A DNA stretch of 64,000 bases from Candidatus Defluviibacterium haderslevense. Lineage in GTDB: Bacteria; Bacteroidota; Bacteroidia; Chitinophagales; Saprospiraceae. The notes under the pieces are model-generated. The model saw only the letters and a program-made list of their open reading frames with translations, was not told where the DNA came from and ran no database searches. A program made the translations under genes and the position numbers. The DNA lies in assembly GCA_016712225.1 (NCBI GenBank), contig JADJRL010000003.1, positions 2,559,831-2,623,830 on the forward strand, written 5' to 3'. Shown one piece after another: positions 46,807 to 56,087 of this stretch; the first letter of the stretch is position 1, and every line of letters begins with the position of its first letter.

Positions 46807-47820
46807 ATGAAACAAATATTCTTACTTATTATGTCGCTATTCTCTATATTATTTGGGTGTAATACTAAAAAGAAAACTTCCAAGGTAGATTCATGGCCTT
46901 TATTTCCTACAACTGATAATCCCAATTTGGTTGTAAAGGAAATTCCTTTGGCTGATGGTTTTTCGATTAGGTCATTTTATATCATGCCTGACAAAGAAAG
47001 TGTTTTGGTTCTCGGGAGTCGAACCCCAAAGCAAGAAAGCCAACAAGAAATGGAAGAAAGACAGCCCGGTGATCCGCAGTATATGGACCATCGATTACTA
47101 TGTTTGGATGCAAAAGGAAACACAAAATTCCACAAAGATTTGTTGCATACAGATTGGATGTATGGTGGGACTTTTGGTATGTTAAAAGGAGAATTGATGT
47201 TGCGTATTGGAGATTGGTTCTTGGTTTTGGATCCTAAGACATTTAATATTATAGAAAAAATTCCAGTACATAATTCGGAATATATCTCTTGGAAGGAAAC
47301 TGAAATGACGCGAGATGAGCACCAAGCCGATTACCAGAAAAAATTCGACGCATTGTTAAATAGCAGTAAGTCATGTAAATTCTTGTATTGGGCGCCCGGT
47401 CGAGAATATTTGGTTTTTGAACAAGCAGCTATTGGCAAACGTTCAGCTTGGTCCCCAATCTCAATTGAAGACGAACTATTAGTTGATTTAAAACAACGAC
47501 TCGAAACTTTCGATGTAGATCTAAATCTGCATAACTTAAATCCAGAAAACAACACCATTGAAATAACAGATGATTCAGTGAAACTCCGTGAAGTGGAATA
47601 TATTTCTGCCGGAACACAATTCGATTATCCAAATTATAAATCACGTAGGATATTGCAGGATGAATTGATGATGAATGACCAAAAAGTACATTTCTCAACT
47701 ACAGATAGAGATCGGCATTATTTGACATTGCAATATTCGGATAACTTGATGTTGACTACGGCAGATGGATCGATTTGGGTGGTGTATGAAAAGACTTTAT
47801 ACAGGATGATTATGAAATAG
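46807..47820 (+). CDS. Hypothetical lipoprotein (337 aa)
   Basis: Lipobox signal MKQIFLLIMSLFSILFGC. No domain recognised. Confidence 0.6.
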   Translation: MKQIFLLIMSLFSILFGCNTKKKTSKVDSWPLFPTTDNPNLVVKEIPLADGFSIRSFYIMPDKESVLVLGSRTPKQESQQEMEERQPGDPQYMDHRLLCLDAKGNTKFHKDLLHTDWMYGGTFGMLKGELMLRIGDWFLVLDPKTFNIIEKIPVHNSEYISWKETEMTRDEHQADYQKKFDALLNSSKSCKFLYWAPGREYLVFEQAAIGKRSAWSPISIEDELLVDLKQRLETFDVDLNLHNLNPENNTIEITDDSVKLREVEYISAGTQFDYPNYKSRRILQDELMMNDQKVHFSTTDRDRHYLTLQYSDNLMLTTADGSIWVVYEKTLYRMIMK

Positions 47821-47851
47821 GGTAAACGTAAAAAAAGATATATGGCTTAAA

Positions 47852-48442
47852 ATGAAAGGTATTTGCTTTTTGAAATTAATGGTAAAAAAGAATGTTGGTC
47901 ATAAATTTATTGTTGGATTATTCATATTTGTATGTATACTTTTAATACAGTGTAATGAAGATTGTTTAATAATAAAGTATCCAGTGCGATTAATGGATGC
48001 AAAACTTTGTATTCCCTATATTTCAAATTGTCGTGTTAAAATAAGTTCCTGTGATGATTTTGAGGGAGAATATTGCAATTATCATGTAGATTCTTGCAAT
48101 GACCTTTTCATTGAAATAAAATTATCATTTTATATGGGAAATTTGGTTTGTTCCAAAAATAATATGGATGAGAGTTTAACCGAATTAAATGAAGAAAATT
48201 ATGAATTCTATAATCCAATGTATGATTATTGTGACGAAAACTATAATTTGGAATATGAAAAATATATAGACAATTCAAATTGCTCTAAAGGTATTAAAAT
48301 ATGGCAGAGAAATGTTAATCGTTCCAGGGCAGTAATATGGATGCACCGAGACAATTATATTGCAAGTATATTCATTAGTTTTAAGCATTCTGAAATAAAT
48401 AAAATCAAAAAATTGTTCAACAAAATTAAAATAATATATTAG
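47852..48442 (+). CDS. Hypothetical Cys-rich lipoprotein
   Basis: Signal with a lipobox-like LLIQC and many Cys in the first 100 mature residues. The gene is very AT-rich. Confidence 0.5.
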   Translation: MKGICFLKLMVKKNVGHKFIVGLFIFVCILLIQCNEDCLIIKYPVRLMDAKLCIPYISNCRVKISSCDDFEGEYCNYHVDSCNDLFIEIKLSFYMGNLVCSKNNMDESLTELNEENYEFYNPMYDYCDENYNLEYEKYIDNSNCSKGIKIWQRNVNRSRAVIWMHRDNYIASIFISFKHSEINKIKKLFNKIKIIY

Positions 48443-48491
48443 TTTGAAACATAGGAAAAGTAAATTAATGTCCCCCAATGCAGCTTAAATT

Positions 48492-49238
48492 ATGAGCCAG
48501 CTAAAAATAAATAAAAATATAGTTTCCTCTTTTGTCCTGAGTTTGAAAAATTTGCATTGTATGCCTTGTTTTAAATTGGTATTAATTGCATTATTAGGTA
48601 TATGTTGTAATAAGCAAAATAAAATAACTAATTCTCAAATTATCAACAATTGTGAGTTAATTAATTCAATTCCAATTTGTACTGATTTGAAAACTATATT
48701 TGGCGCAGAATGGTTACTGTATTATGAAAAAAATCCATTATATATAATTCAGTTTGAGGATTCAGCACTTGCAAAATTTTATATACCAAAATCCAGCGAT
48801 TCAATAAATACTGAAATTAGATTTCTTTATTGCACTCATTTAATAAAAGATATAAATGCCCAATATCCTTCAAAAGATTTAACTTCTCAAGCAGCCTATT
48901 CAGAATTTGGCAATCATGGATTGGTTGTTAATTATATTGATACTTCAAATAATCGAGACATTACATTAAGCTATATATATGTAAATCAAGATTCTCTAAA
49001 ACTAATTTCAGGTGCAATATATTTCAAAGACTTCCAACTAATAATTTATGTGTTTACACATTCTAGTGAAACTTTTTCAGTTAACAAACTTCAAGATTTT
49101 TATTGTTTCATCAATAGTTTTAATATTACTAAATACGGTATTTCGCCTCCCGATTGTAGACCAATGTTTAAAACCGAAAGAGAATATTTGAACTATTTAT
49201 ATGGACCAAATAATATTTATAGGAGAAAGGAAAAGTAA
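48492..49238 (+). CDS. Hypothetical lipoprotein
   Basis: The internal ATG at 48561 gives MPCFKLVLIALLGICC (lipobox). The gene is AT-rich. Confidence 0.5.
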   Translation: MSQLKINKNIVSSFVLSLKNLHCMPCFKLVLIALLGICCNKQNKITNSQIINNCELINSIPICTDLKTIFGAEWLLYYEKNPLYIIQFEDSALAKFYIPKSSDSINTEIRFLYCTHLIKDINAQYPSKDLTSQAAYSEFGNHGLVVNYIDTSNNRDITLSYIYVNQDSLKLISGAIYFKDFQLIIYVFTHSSETFSVNKLQDFYCFINSFNITKYGISPPDCRPMFKTEREYLNYLYGPNNIYRRKEK

Positions 49239-49242
49239 ACAG

Positions 49243-49305
49243 TCGATCATCGCAGTTTTCAACTGCGATGCCGCTAGAACTATTTTTGAAGCTTAGATAG
49301 CATCC
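49243..49305 (+). repeat. Structured repeat 'E1' directly after the 48492..49238 stop codon
   Basis: TCGATCATCGCAGTTTTCAACTGCGATGCC...GAAGCTTAGATAGCATC matches 51137..51198 at roughly 85% by eye. It contains the hairpin ATCGCAGTT-TTC-AACTGCGAT. Confidence 0.7.
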
Positions 49306-49359
49306 AAAAATAAATTAAAAAAATAGTTTTAAAATAAATTAAAAGGCTAACTTTGTCAT

Positions 49360-50160
49360 ATGACATTAACTGGTAAGGTTCATACAGGTAAAGTTGATTT
49401 TAAAGTTGTGTATTTTTTAGGGTTTTTAATGGCCCTCATACAGTTTTTTTCTAAAAACAAACAACGTTATAATGTCTTAGTGATTTTGTCCTGTATTATG
49501 CAGTTATTTTGTTGCAATTCAGTAGATAACCCTGTAAATAATATTAGAATTGAAAAAGTTGAAATATTGAAGGGGTATTTTAGAAAAAATTATCCTTTTG
49601 CTATAAATTTTAGATTTGATACCATTAATGAATATCATTTTTTATTAAGAAATGAAAAATCAAGAATCAATCTGGTAATTCCTGAATATTTTAATTTAAA
49701 AAATCGCATAATTAGTAAAAGAATAGTAGATAAATACGAGGGTGAACTTTCAACCTACTCTTTAAATACATCAATTACAAAATTTGAAATACAAAATAGC
49801 GAAAATATTTATTACAACGCAAAACTTTCCACTTGCGTGAACTATTTGGATGAATTATGTAAAATGAATGATTTTTTGCCAGGGAGAAATTACATGCGTA
49901 AAGGTGACAAAGAAATATTGTTTACAACTGGCCTGATTAAAATTGGAGATACTTATATAAGTTCATCCGTTTTAAATGATACAATAGACAATTTTATGGT
50001 ATTTATTTATAAATCGTTCAATATGTCCAATAATCAAAGATTAGAAATTGAAATTCGTACAAATGACTCGATAAAAATTTATAACAAAACAAAATATTAT
50101 GAATACTATCAGACATTATTTAATAAATATTTACCTAATAATTATCTACCTTATTTATAG
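49360..50160 (+). CDS. Hypothetical lipoprotein, paralogue of 50353..51039
   Basis: Lipobox-like QLFCC. It shares sequence blocks with the next gene: EIL..NYPF, LVIPEYFN/LIIPDNFN, YYNAKLSTC..LDELC/YFKAHLFDC..ISDLC, LFTTGLIK/LFSTGILK, NMSNN..IEI/NLSNN..IEI and YYQTLFNKYL/YFQNLFLKHL. Confidence 0.55.
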   Translation: MTLTGKVHTGKVDFKVVYFLGFLMALIQFFSKNKQRYNVLVILSCIMQLFCCNSVDNPVNNIRIEKVEILKGYFRKNYPFAINFRFDTINEYHFLLRNEKSRINLVIPEYFNLKNRIISKRIVDKYEGELSTYSLNTSITKFEIQNSENIYYNAKLSTCVNYLDELCKMNDFLPGRNYMRKGDKEILFTTGLIKIGDTYISSSVLNDTIDNFMVFIYKSFNMSNNQRLEIEIRTNDSIKIYNKTKYYEYYQTLFNKYLPNNYLPYL

Positions 50161-50352
50161 TTAAAACTTTGGAGTTTAACCTTATTATATAAAATGTACT
50201 ATTGTTACCAAATGTCAAAATTGAGTCAAAATTATAATTCAAACGATAAAGGACCTAATATTATGAATACTATTCCGTTAAAATAAAAACAATATGATAT
50301 AATTTATGCAATTTATTAAATTCATTAGAATAAAAATCAGATCGCTATCTAC

Positions 50353-51039
50353 ATGAAAGGATTACTTTCGTTTATTTACTTTAATATGTTACTCATTCAC
50401 ATTAATTGTAACAAATCAATATCTGATGCAGATATTATTAACCAAAAGATGGAAATTTTACAAAAGGAAGATGTTATAAATTATCCATTCCCTACACATA
50501 AATTAATTAATTTGTATTCGGAATTTAGATTCAAAATATTTAATAATTCTCTAACATACATCTTGATAATTCCTGATAATTTTAATCACAATTTAATTAA
50601 TACTGATAGTCTTAAAAATACTGGACAAGAAGATCTTTTTCCACCCTCATCTTTTAATTCATCAATTAAAAGAATATCATTAATAGGAGATCGAGATAGT
50701 TATTTCAAAGCACATTTGTTTGATTGCGAGAGAGTGATCTCTGATTTATGTCAATTGATTCTTGATTCTTCCCCCAATTACATGGTAAACCGGGAGATAT
50801 ATTGCCGTCTGTTATTTTCCACAGGTATATTAAAAACTCAAAATAAATATATTAATTCACATATTTTAGAAGATACAATGAATTGTTCTTTAAAATATAG
50901 ATTTACTTCAGTTAATTTGTCTAATAACATGAAAATAAATATTGAAATAGGCTCAAAACATTCGCTGGATTTGAACGAAATAAAGTTACATTACTATTAT
51001 TTTCAAAATTTGTTTTTGAAACACTTAGCTGAAAATTGA
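50353..51039 (+). CDS. Hypothetical lipoprotein, paralogue of 49360..50160
   Basis: Signal MKGLLSFIYFNMLLIHINC, with the sequence blocks listed for 49360..50160. Confidence 0.55.
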   Translation: MKGLLSFIYFNMLLIHINCNKSISDADIINQKMEILQKEDVINYPFPTHKLINLYSEFRFKIFNNSLTYILIIPDNFNHNLINTDSLKNTGQEDLFPPSSFNSSIKRISLIGDRDSYFKAHLFDCERVISDLCQLILDSSPNYMVNREIYCRLLFSTGILKTQNKYINSHILEDTMNCSLKYRFTSVNLSNNMKINIEIGSKHSLDLNEIKLHYYYFQNLFLKHLAEN

Positions 51040-51136
51040 TTTAATTTGACAGACTAACAAAGTATTTCATTTTTTTTGAAATATTTAAATTAATTTATTT
51101 TGTTGAGTTAAAGCTCTAAAAACATTTAAAAACACT

Positions 51137-51224
51137 CGATCGTCGCAGTTTTCAATTGCGATGCTACGAATACCATTTTTGAAGCCTAAATAGCATCGAA
51201 GTCAAAGACTTCGACGATCGTAGG
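51137..51224 (+). repeat. Structured repeat 'E2' (full-length copy; closing helix plus three internal hairpins)
   Basis: A closing 9-bp helix CGATCGTCG/CGACGATCG encloses three hairpins: CGCAGTT-TTC-AATTGCG, GATGCTA...TAGCATC and GAAGTC-AAA-GACTTC. Confidence 0.7.
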
Positions 51225-51601
51225 AGAAGTGAGATTGCTATTTTTAAAAAATAACATTAAGCAATTTATGAAACTATCGTTTGAATATAACTATCATGAA
51301 TTTGTAAATTCTAAAACTTTGAAAAGCATGGCAATATGTCTAGTTGGTTTAGACGTTTTGTCATAGAGGAAAAATATTCTGTTAAGACTTATATCATGTA
51401 TATTATTTTAAATAATGTTTAAAATATTTATAATCAATTCAATGAGTGTAAATATTGTACAATAGCCTCATAAGAATTGGAATTCAATTAATTAGATGGC
51501 ACAGGTCTTGAACTAAGGACCTTTACAGGTAATCTTTTATAAATTAACTAATAAGGCTGTCAAGGAGGCATATTCCTTAAACAGTTATAAATAACAGAAA
51601 A

Positions 51602-54019
51602 ATGACGATAAATCCAATATATTTTAATGAAGGGCTTAATGAGGATCCGGAAATGATTCCTTTCGTAGCGGTAGCTGAAGACGAAGAACCATCAAAAGAT
51701 GAAAACTTCGAAGACATACTACCCGTAATGCCTCTTAAGAATACCATTTTGTTTCCTGGAGTGATTATTCCAATCACTGTGGGCCGAAATAAATCTATGA
51801 AGGCGGTTTCCAAGGCTTATGAAAAAAACAAATTCATTGCGGTATTGACACAACGGGATAGCAGAACGGAAGATCCAACATTTAAAGATCTGTACGAGAC
51901 TGGAACAATAGCCAGAATCGTGAAATTATTAACCATGCCTGATGGCACACAAACGGTCATTCTTCAAGGGAGAAAACGTTTTACCATCAATGAACAGCTT
52001 AAGGAAGATCCCTTCTTGGAAGCTAAAGTTACTTTGAGATCTTATGTTGTGCCGGATAGAAAGTTGGAATATGACGCTATGATTAAATCCATTCAGGAGC
52101 AATCAAGAAGAATCATTGAATTGTCACCTCAGATTCCAAATGAAGCACAATTGATGTTGAAAAACATTAATAATGATCGATTTCTATTGAATTTTATTTC
52201 ATCTAATTTGAATATTCCAATCGATCAAAAACAAGAATTATTAGAGACGGATAAATTATTCAATAAAGCTGAAACACTCATGGTTCATATGAGTGGAGAA
52301 TTAAAATTATTAGAAGTCAAAGATCAAATTGAATCCAGAGTAAGAGGAAATTTAGAAAAACAACAACGCGATTATTTTCTCAACCAACAGTTAAAAACAA
52401 TTCAGGAAGAGTTAGGTCAGGATCCACAGGAACAAGATGTCGAGGAACTTAAATTAAAAGCCGAAAAGAAAAAATGGATTCCATCAGTCAAGGAACATTT
52501 CGAAAAGGAACTTGGAAAATTGACTAGAATGAATCCGCAAGTTGCAGAATATTCTGTTCAAATGAATTACCTGAACTTGATGGTCGATTTACCATGGCAA
52601 GAATATACTGAAGATCAATATGATCTGGATAAAATAAAAAAGATCCTTGATAAGGACCATCACGGTCTTGATAAAGTGAAGGATAGAATTATAGAGCACC
52701 TGGCTGTACTCAAGCTCAAAGGTGATATGAAAGCACCCATACTTTGTTTGGTAGGTCCTCCTGGAGTAGGTAAAACATCACTTGGAAAATCTATTGCCAA
52801 AGCGCTGAATCGAAATTTCATCAGAATGTCACTTGGTGGATTGCATGATGAGTCAGAAATACGAGGACATCGCAAGACTTATATCGGAGCGATGCCTGGA
52901 AGAATCGTTCAGTCTATTAAAAAAGTTAAATCTGATAATCCAGTATTTATATTAGATGAGATTGATAAAATCGGAAAAGATTTTAGAGGGGATCCTTCAT
53001 CCGCATTGTTGGAAGTATTAGATCCGGAACAAAATTCTACATTTCATGATAATTATTTGGAATTAGAATATGACTTATCCAAAGTTTTGTTTATCGCCAC
53101 TGCCAATTCATTGAGCACCATCCAACCTGCTTTATTGGATAGAATGGAAATTATTGAATTGCAAGGCTATTCTACTGAGGAGAAAAAAGATATTGCAATA
53201 AAACATCTAGTTCCCCAACAATTAGAAGAACACGGATTAAAGTCTAAGCAGGTTAAACTAAGTGAGGACTTTATTGAGCGCATCATAGAAGATTATACCC
53301 GAGAATCAGGTGTCAGATCACTGAATCGGCAATTGGCATCGGTGATGCGTCGTGCTGCACGCAAGGTTGCTATGGAAAAAGCCAAAACCGTTTCTTTTAA
53401 ATCTTCTGATCTCAAAGATATCCTTGGCGTACAGCGATACAACAATGACCAATATCAAGAAAATTTACCTGCTGGTGTTGCGATTGGTTTAGCATGGACC
53501 CGAGTAGGTGGAGATATATTATATATAGAAACTACATTATCAAAAGGCAAAGGAAAATTAACTTTAACTGGTAATTTAGGTGATGTGATGAAAGAGTCAG
53601 CATCAACTGCATTGAGTTTTATCAAATCTCATACGGCGGAACTTGACATCGATCCTGATTTTTTTGAAAATAATGATCTTCATGTACATGTACCTGAAGG
53701 TGCCATTCCTAAAGACGGACCATCCGCGGGGATTACTATGTTAAGTGCAATAGCCTCATCTATTAAGAAGAAACCCATCAGACCATTTTTGGCCATGACC
53801 GGTGAAATTACATTGCGCGGAAAAGTATTACCTGTCGGTGGTATTAAGGAAAAAGTTTTAGCTGCTAAAAGAGCAGGATTGAAAACGATTATGCTGTGTA
53901 TTGAAAATAAAGATCACATCGATGAGATTCCAGCTGATCATTTAAAGGGAATGGAATTTATTTATGTAAAAGATATGCAGGAAGTATTGCATCATGCGTT
54001 AGGTATTTCTGCTTTTTGA
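51602..54019 (+). CDS. lon: ATP-dependent Lon protease
   Basis: 805 aa with a Lon N-domain, Walker [10 protein letters not shown], Walker B FILDEIDK and the catalytic Ser in PKDGPSAG, plus the catalytic Lys region. Confidence 0.95.
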   Translation: MTINPIYFNEGLNEDPEMIPFVAVAEDEEPSKDENFEDILPVMPLKNTILFPGVIIPITVGRNKSMKAVSKAYEKNKFIAVLTQRDSRTEDPTFKDLYETGTIARIVKLLTMPDGTQTVILQGRKRFTINEQLKEDPFLEAKVTLRSYVVPDRKLEYDAMIKSIQEQSRRIIELSPQIPNEAQLMLKNINNDRFLLNFISSNLNIPIDQKQELLETDKLFNKAETLMVHMSGELKLLEVKDQIESRVRGNLEKQQRDYFLNQQLKTIQEELGQDPQEQDVEELKLKAEKKKWIPSVKEHFEKELGKLTRMNPQVAEYSVQMNYLNLMVDLPWQEYTEDQYDLDKIKKILDKDHHGLDKVKDRIIEHLAVLKLKGDMKAPILCLVGPPGVGKTSLGKSIAKALNRNFIRMSLGGLHDESEIRGHRKTYIGAMPGRIVQSIKKVKSDNPVFILDEIDKIGKDFRGDPSSALLEVLDPEQNSTFHDNYLELEYDLSKVLFIATANSLSTIQPALLDRMEIIELQGYSTEEKKDIAIKHLVPQQLEEHGLKSKQVKLSEDFIERIIEDYTRESGVRSLNRQLASVMRRAARKVAMEKAKTVSFKSSDLKDILGVQRYNNDQYQENLPAGVAIGLAWTRVGGDILYIETTLSKGKGKLTLTGNLGDVMKESASTALSFIKSHTAELDIDPDFFENNDLHVHVPEGAIPKDGPSAGITMLSAIASSIKKKPIRPFLAMTGEITLRGKVLPVGGIKEKVLAAKRAGLKTIMLCIENKDHIDEIPADHLKGMEFIYVKDMQEVLHHALGISAF

Positions 54020-54060
54020 TATTCGATAATTTGTAACTAATCAAGTAACAACAATAAGGG

Positions 54061-54190
54061 TTGTTTATGTCCTATTTTTTGCAAAAAAAATCATCCATAA
54101 ATTTCACCAAAGACAATTAACATTTTCTATATTTAACGGATAGTATCCGTCTGCAAATAGATTACCCAAACTGGTTATTGATTTGAATAA
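54061..54190 (+). repeat. Non-coding repeat 'B', related to 45635..45760, in a convergent intergenic region
   Basis: Same block order as repeat A, including TTTTTTGCAAAAAAAA and the hairpin ACGGAT-AGT-ATCCGTC. Confidence 0.6.
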
Positions 54191-54240
54191 TTCCTATAGT
54201 TTTATTTAGATATGTATCCATTCTAATTCTGAACGAAATT

Positions 54241-55539
54241 TTAAAATCGATACTTCAAGGAGACGTTCAAGTGATCCAATTTTTTATATGCAATACCGAA
54301 AGCAGATGAATTAGGACTTGGCGAAGATGTATTGGGAACGGCCTGTTGCTGAGCTTTTGTATTTTGAAATCCATAAGCATAATCCAGTCCGATTCCCCAA
54401 GAATTATTGATGTAATAATCAGCACCTATCAATAGAAAATAATCGATAGGTTGGGCTCTCCAATGTTGAATTGTTTTGGAATTGTATTGAATAAAATCAT
54501 TGCCTTGGTTTGAAGATAATTGGTTTAATGAAATATTTAATTTAGTGCCTATGTGTCCTTTCCAATGACGATTGAAGGTATAAGAATAATAAATTGGAAT
54601 TTGGAATTGGAATAGATATTTTTTGTAAATCACTTGAAAAGAATCTGAAGTTTGTTTTGAATTTTTAAATGCATCTTCAAAAACTTTCAATTCGTTTTGA
54701 GCAAAGTTATTGATGATATAATTTAATGGTTCATTTTGTGCTCCGTCAAAAACCAAGAAATTATTTTTTTGGACATTTAAACCAGGATTTACAACAATGC
54801 TATGATTATTATGAAGAGGTATGTTTATAAAAAGACCCGAATTGAAGCTTAATTGATGTAGTTGTGTGTATGTATTAAAACCCAATTGAATTCCGAATTG
54901 AATTTTTGGTTTTGATTTATTTATTGTGCTCGGTAAAATATCAAGAGCGATTTTAGCAGAAGGTAAAAAGCGAGAATTGTTGTTCGATGAAGTTAATTCA
55001 ACAGTCTTCATGGGTAAAATATGCCATTCAAAATTTGATCTGTTTTCTAATGGTTGGATGGCCACAGTTACAATGCTATCATAGGTCAAGGATTTGGTAA
55101 ATGTGTTATGCGTTTCATTATAGGAATTTAACAAAGCATTATTTTGGCTTGCACTCTGGCGATCTTTGTTCAGACCTGTTTTTGATATTTGACCCGCTTG
55201 TCTTGAATTATTTTTTTCGGAATAAATATTATCTGTCGTCCCTGAATGGTTCTTGAGATTTGAGTGACCAGATGGTTTTGCATTTTCGTTTGAATGATAG
55301 GCTATGATTGCTTTTGAATTGAGATTTGTATTTTTATTAATGGTTTCAATGTTTTTATTATCGTTAATTACATTTGAAGTGGACAAGTATTTGTAAGTAA
55401 TGCTTGAACCAATAACTAAGGGTATCCATAACCAAAGCCAAACCAATCTTTTAGATTTTTTAACAGGCATTTTCTGATCGAGCAAAGCATGCATTTTTGT
55501 CCAGCCTTCATGTTCCAAATCGGTGATATGATTATTCAT
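54241..55539 (-). CDS. Membrane protein co-transcribed with the ECF sigma factor: short cytoplasmic N-terminus + TM + Asn/Ser-rich linker + beta-barrel-like C-terminal domain
   Basis: It overlaps the sigma gene by 8 nt and has a single TM segment (LVWLWLWIPLVIGS). The C-terminal half shows alternating-pattern strands and ends ...NVSLKYRF (aromatic terminal residue). Confidence 0.5.
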   Translation of the reverse strand: MNNHITDLEHEGWTKMHALLDQKMPVKKSKRLVWLWLWIPLVIGSSITYKYLSTSNVINDNKNIETINKNTNLNSKAIIAYHSNENAKPSGHSNLKNHSGTTDNIYSEKNNSRQAGQISKTGLNKDRQSASQNNALLNSYNETHNTFTKSLTYDSIVTVAIQPLENRSNFEWHILPMKTVELTSSNNNSRFLPSAKIALDILPSTINKSKPKIQFGIQLGFNTYTQLHQLSFNSGLFINIPLHNNHSIVVNPGLNVQKNNFLVFDGAQNEPLNYIINNFAQNELKVFEDAFKNSKQTSDSFQVIYKKYLFQFQIPIYYSYTFNRHWKGHIGTKLNISLNQLSSNQGNDFIQYNSKTIQHWRAQPIDYFLLIGADYYINNSWGIGLDYAYGFQNTKAQQQAVPNTSSPSPNSSAFGIAYKKLDHLNVSLKYRF

Positions 55540-56071
55540 GGTTCATTTTAATTTTGTGTTGTAATAATTCGCGCGCCTGCGAAATATGCCATTTGGATGT
55601 GCCAATACTTATATTTAGTTTTTCTGCGATTTCATGATGCGAATATCCTTCGTTAGCAAATAATGAAAATGCCCGGGCAGTAGCAGGAGGTAATTGATGA
55701 ATGAGTGAATCCAGATCTTCTTTAAAAAGTTTTTCTAAAGTAAAATCATGATGTTCAGCATCGTTGTGTTCAAGTTCAATATTTGGTTTAGTCCTTTGTT
55801 TTGTTTTTATTTCTGAAATCATAACATGGTAGATGACGGTTCGAATCCAACCTGCTAAACTACCTTCATGTCTGAATAATTGAATTTTTTGAAAAACCCT
55901 CAGAAATCCAGAATTGAGAATTTCCATAGCATCTTCTTCATTGGAGCAATAAAAGTGTACCATTTGAAACATTGGACTAAAGTGTTGTTTATACAATTGT
56001 TCCTGGGCAATACGATCATTGGCTATACAACCTTTGATGACATCTTCCTCTGAACGAATGGGTTTATTCAT
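55532..56071 (-). CDS. ECF-type (sigma-70 family) RNA polymerase sigma factor
   Basis: 179 aa. Region 2 has EDAMEILNSGFLRVFQKI..F....SLAGWIRTVIYH, and region 4 has the HTH GYSHHEIAEKLNISIGTSKWHISQARELL. Confidence 0.85.
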   Translation of the reverse strand: MNKPIRSEEDVIKGCIANDRIAQEQLYKQHFSPMFQMVHFYCSNEEDAMEILNSGFLRVFQKIQLFRHEGSLAGWIRTVIYHVMISEIKTKQRTKPNIELEHNDAEHHDFTLEKLFKEDLDSLIHQLPPATARAFSLFANEGYSHHEIAEKLNISIGTSKWHISQARELLQHKIKMNHE

Positions 56072-56087
56072 GAATAATACCTATGGG

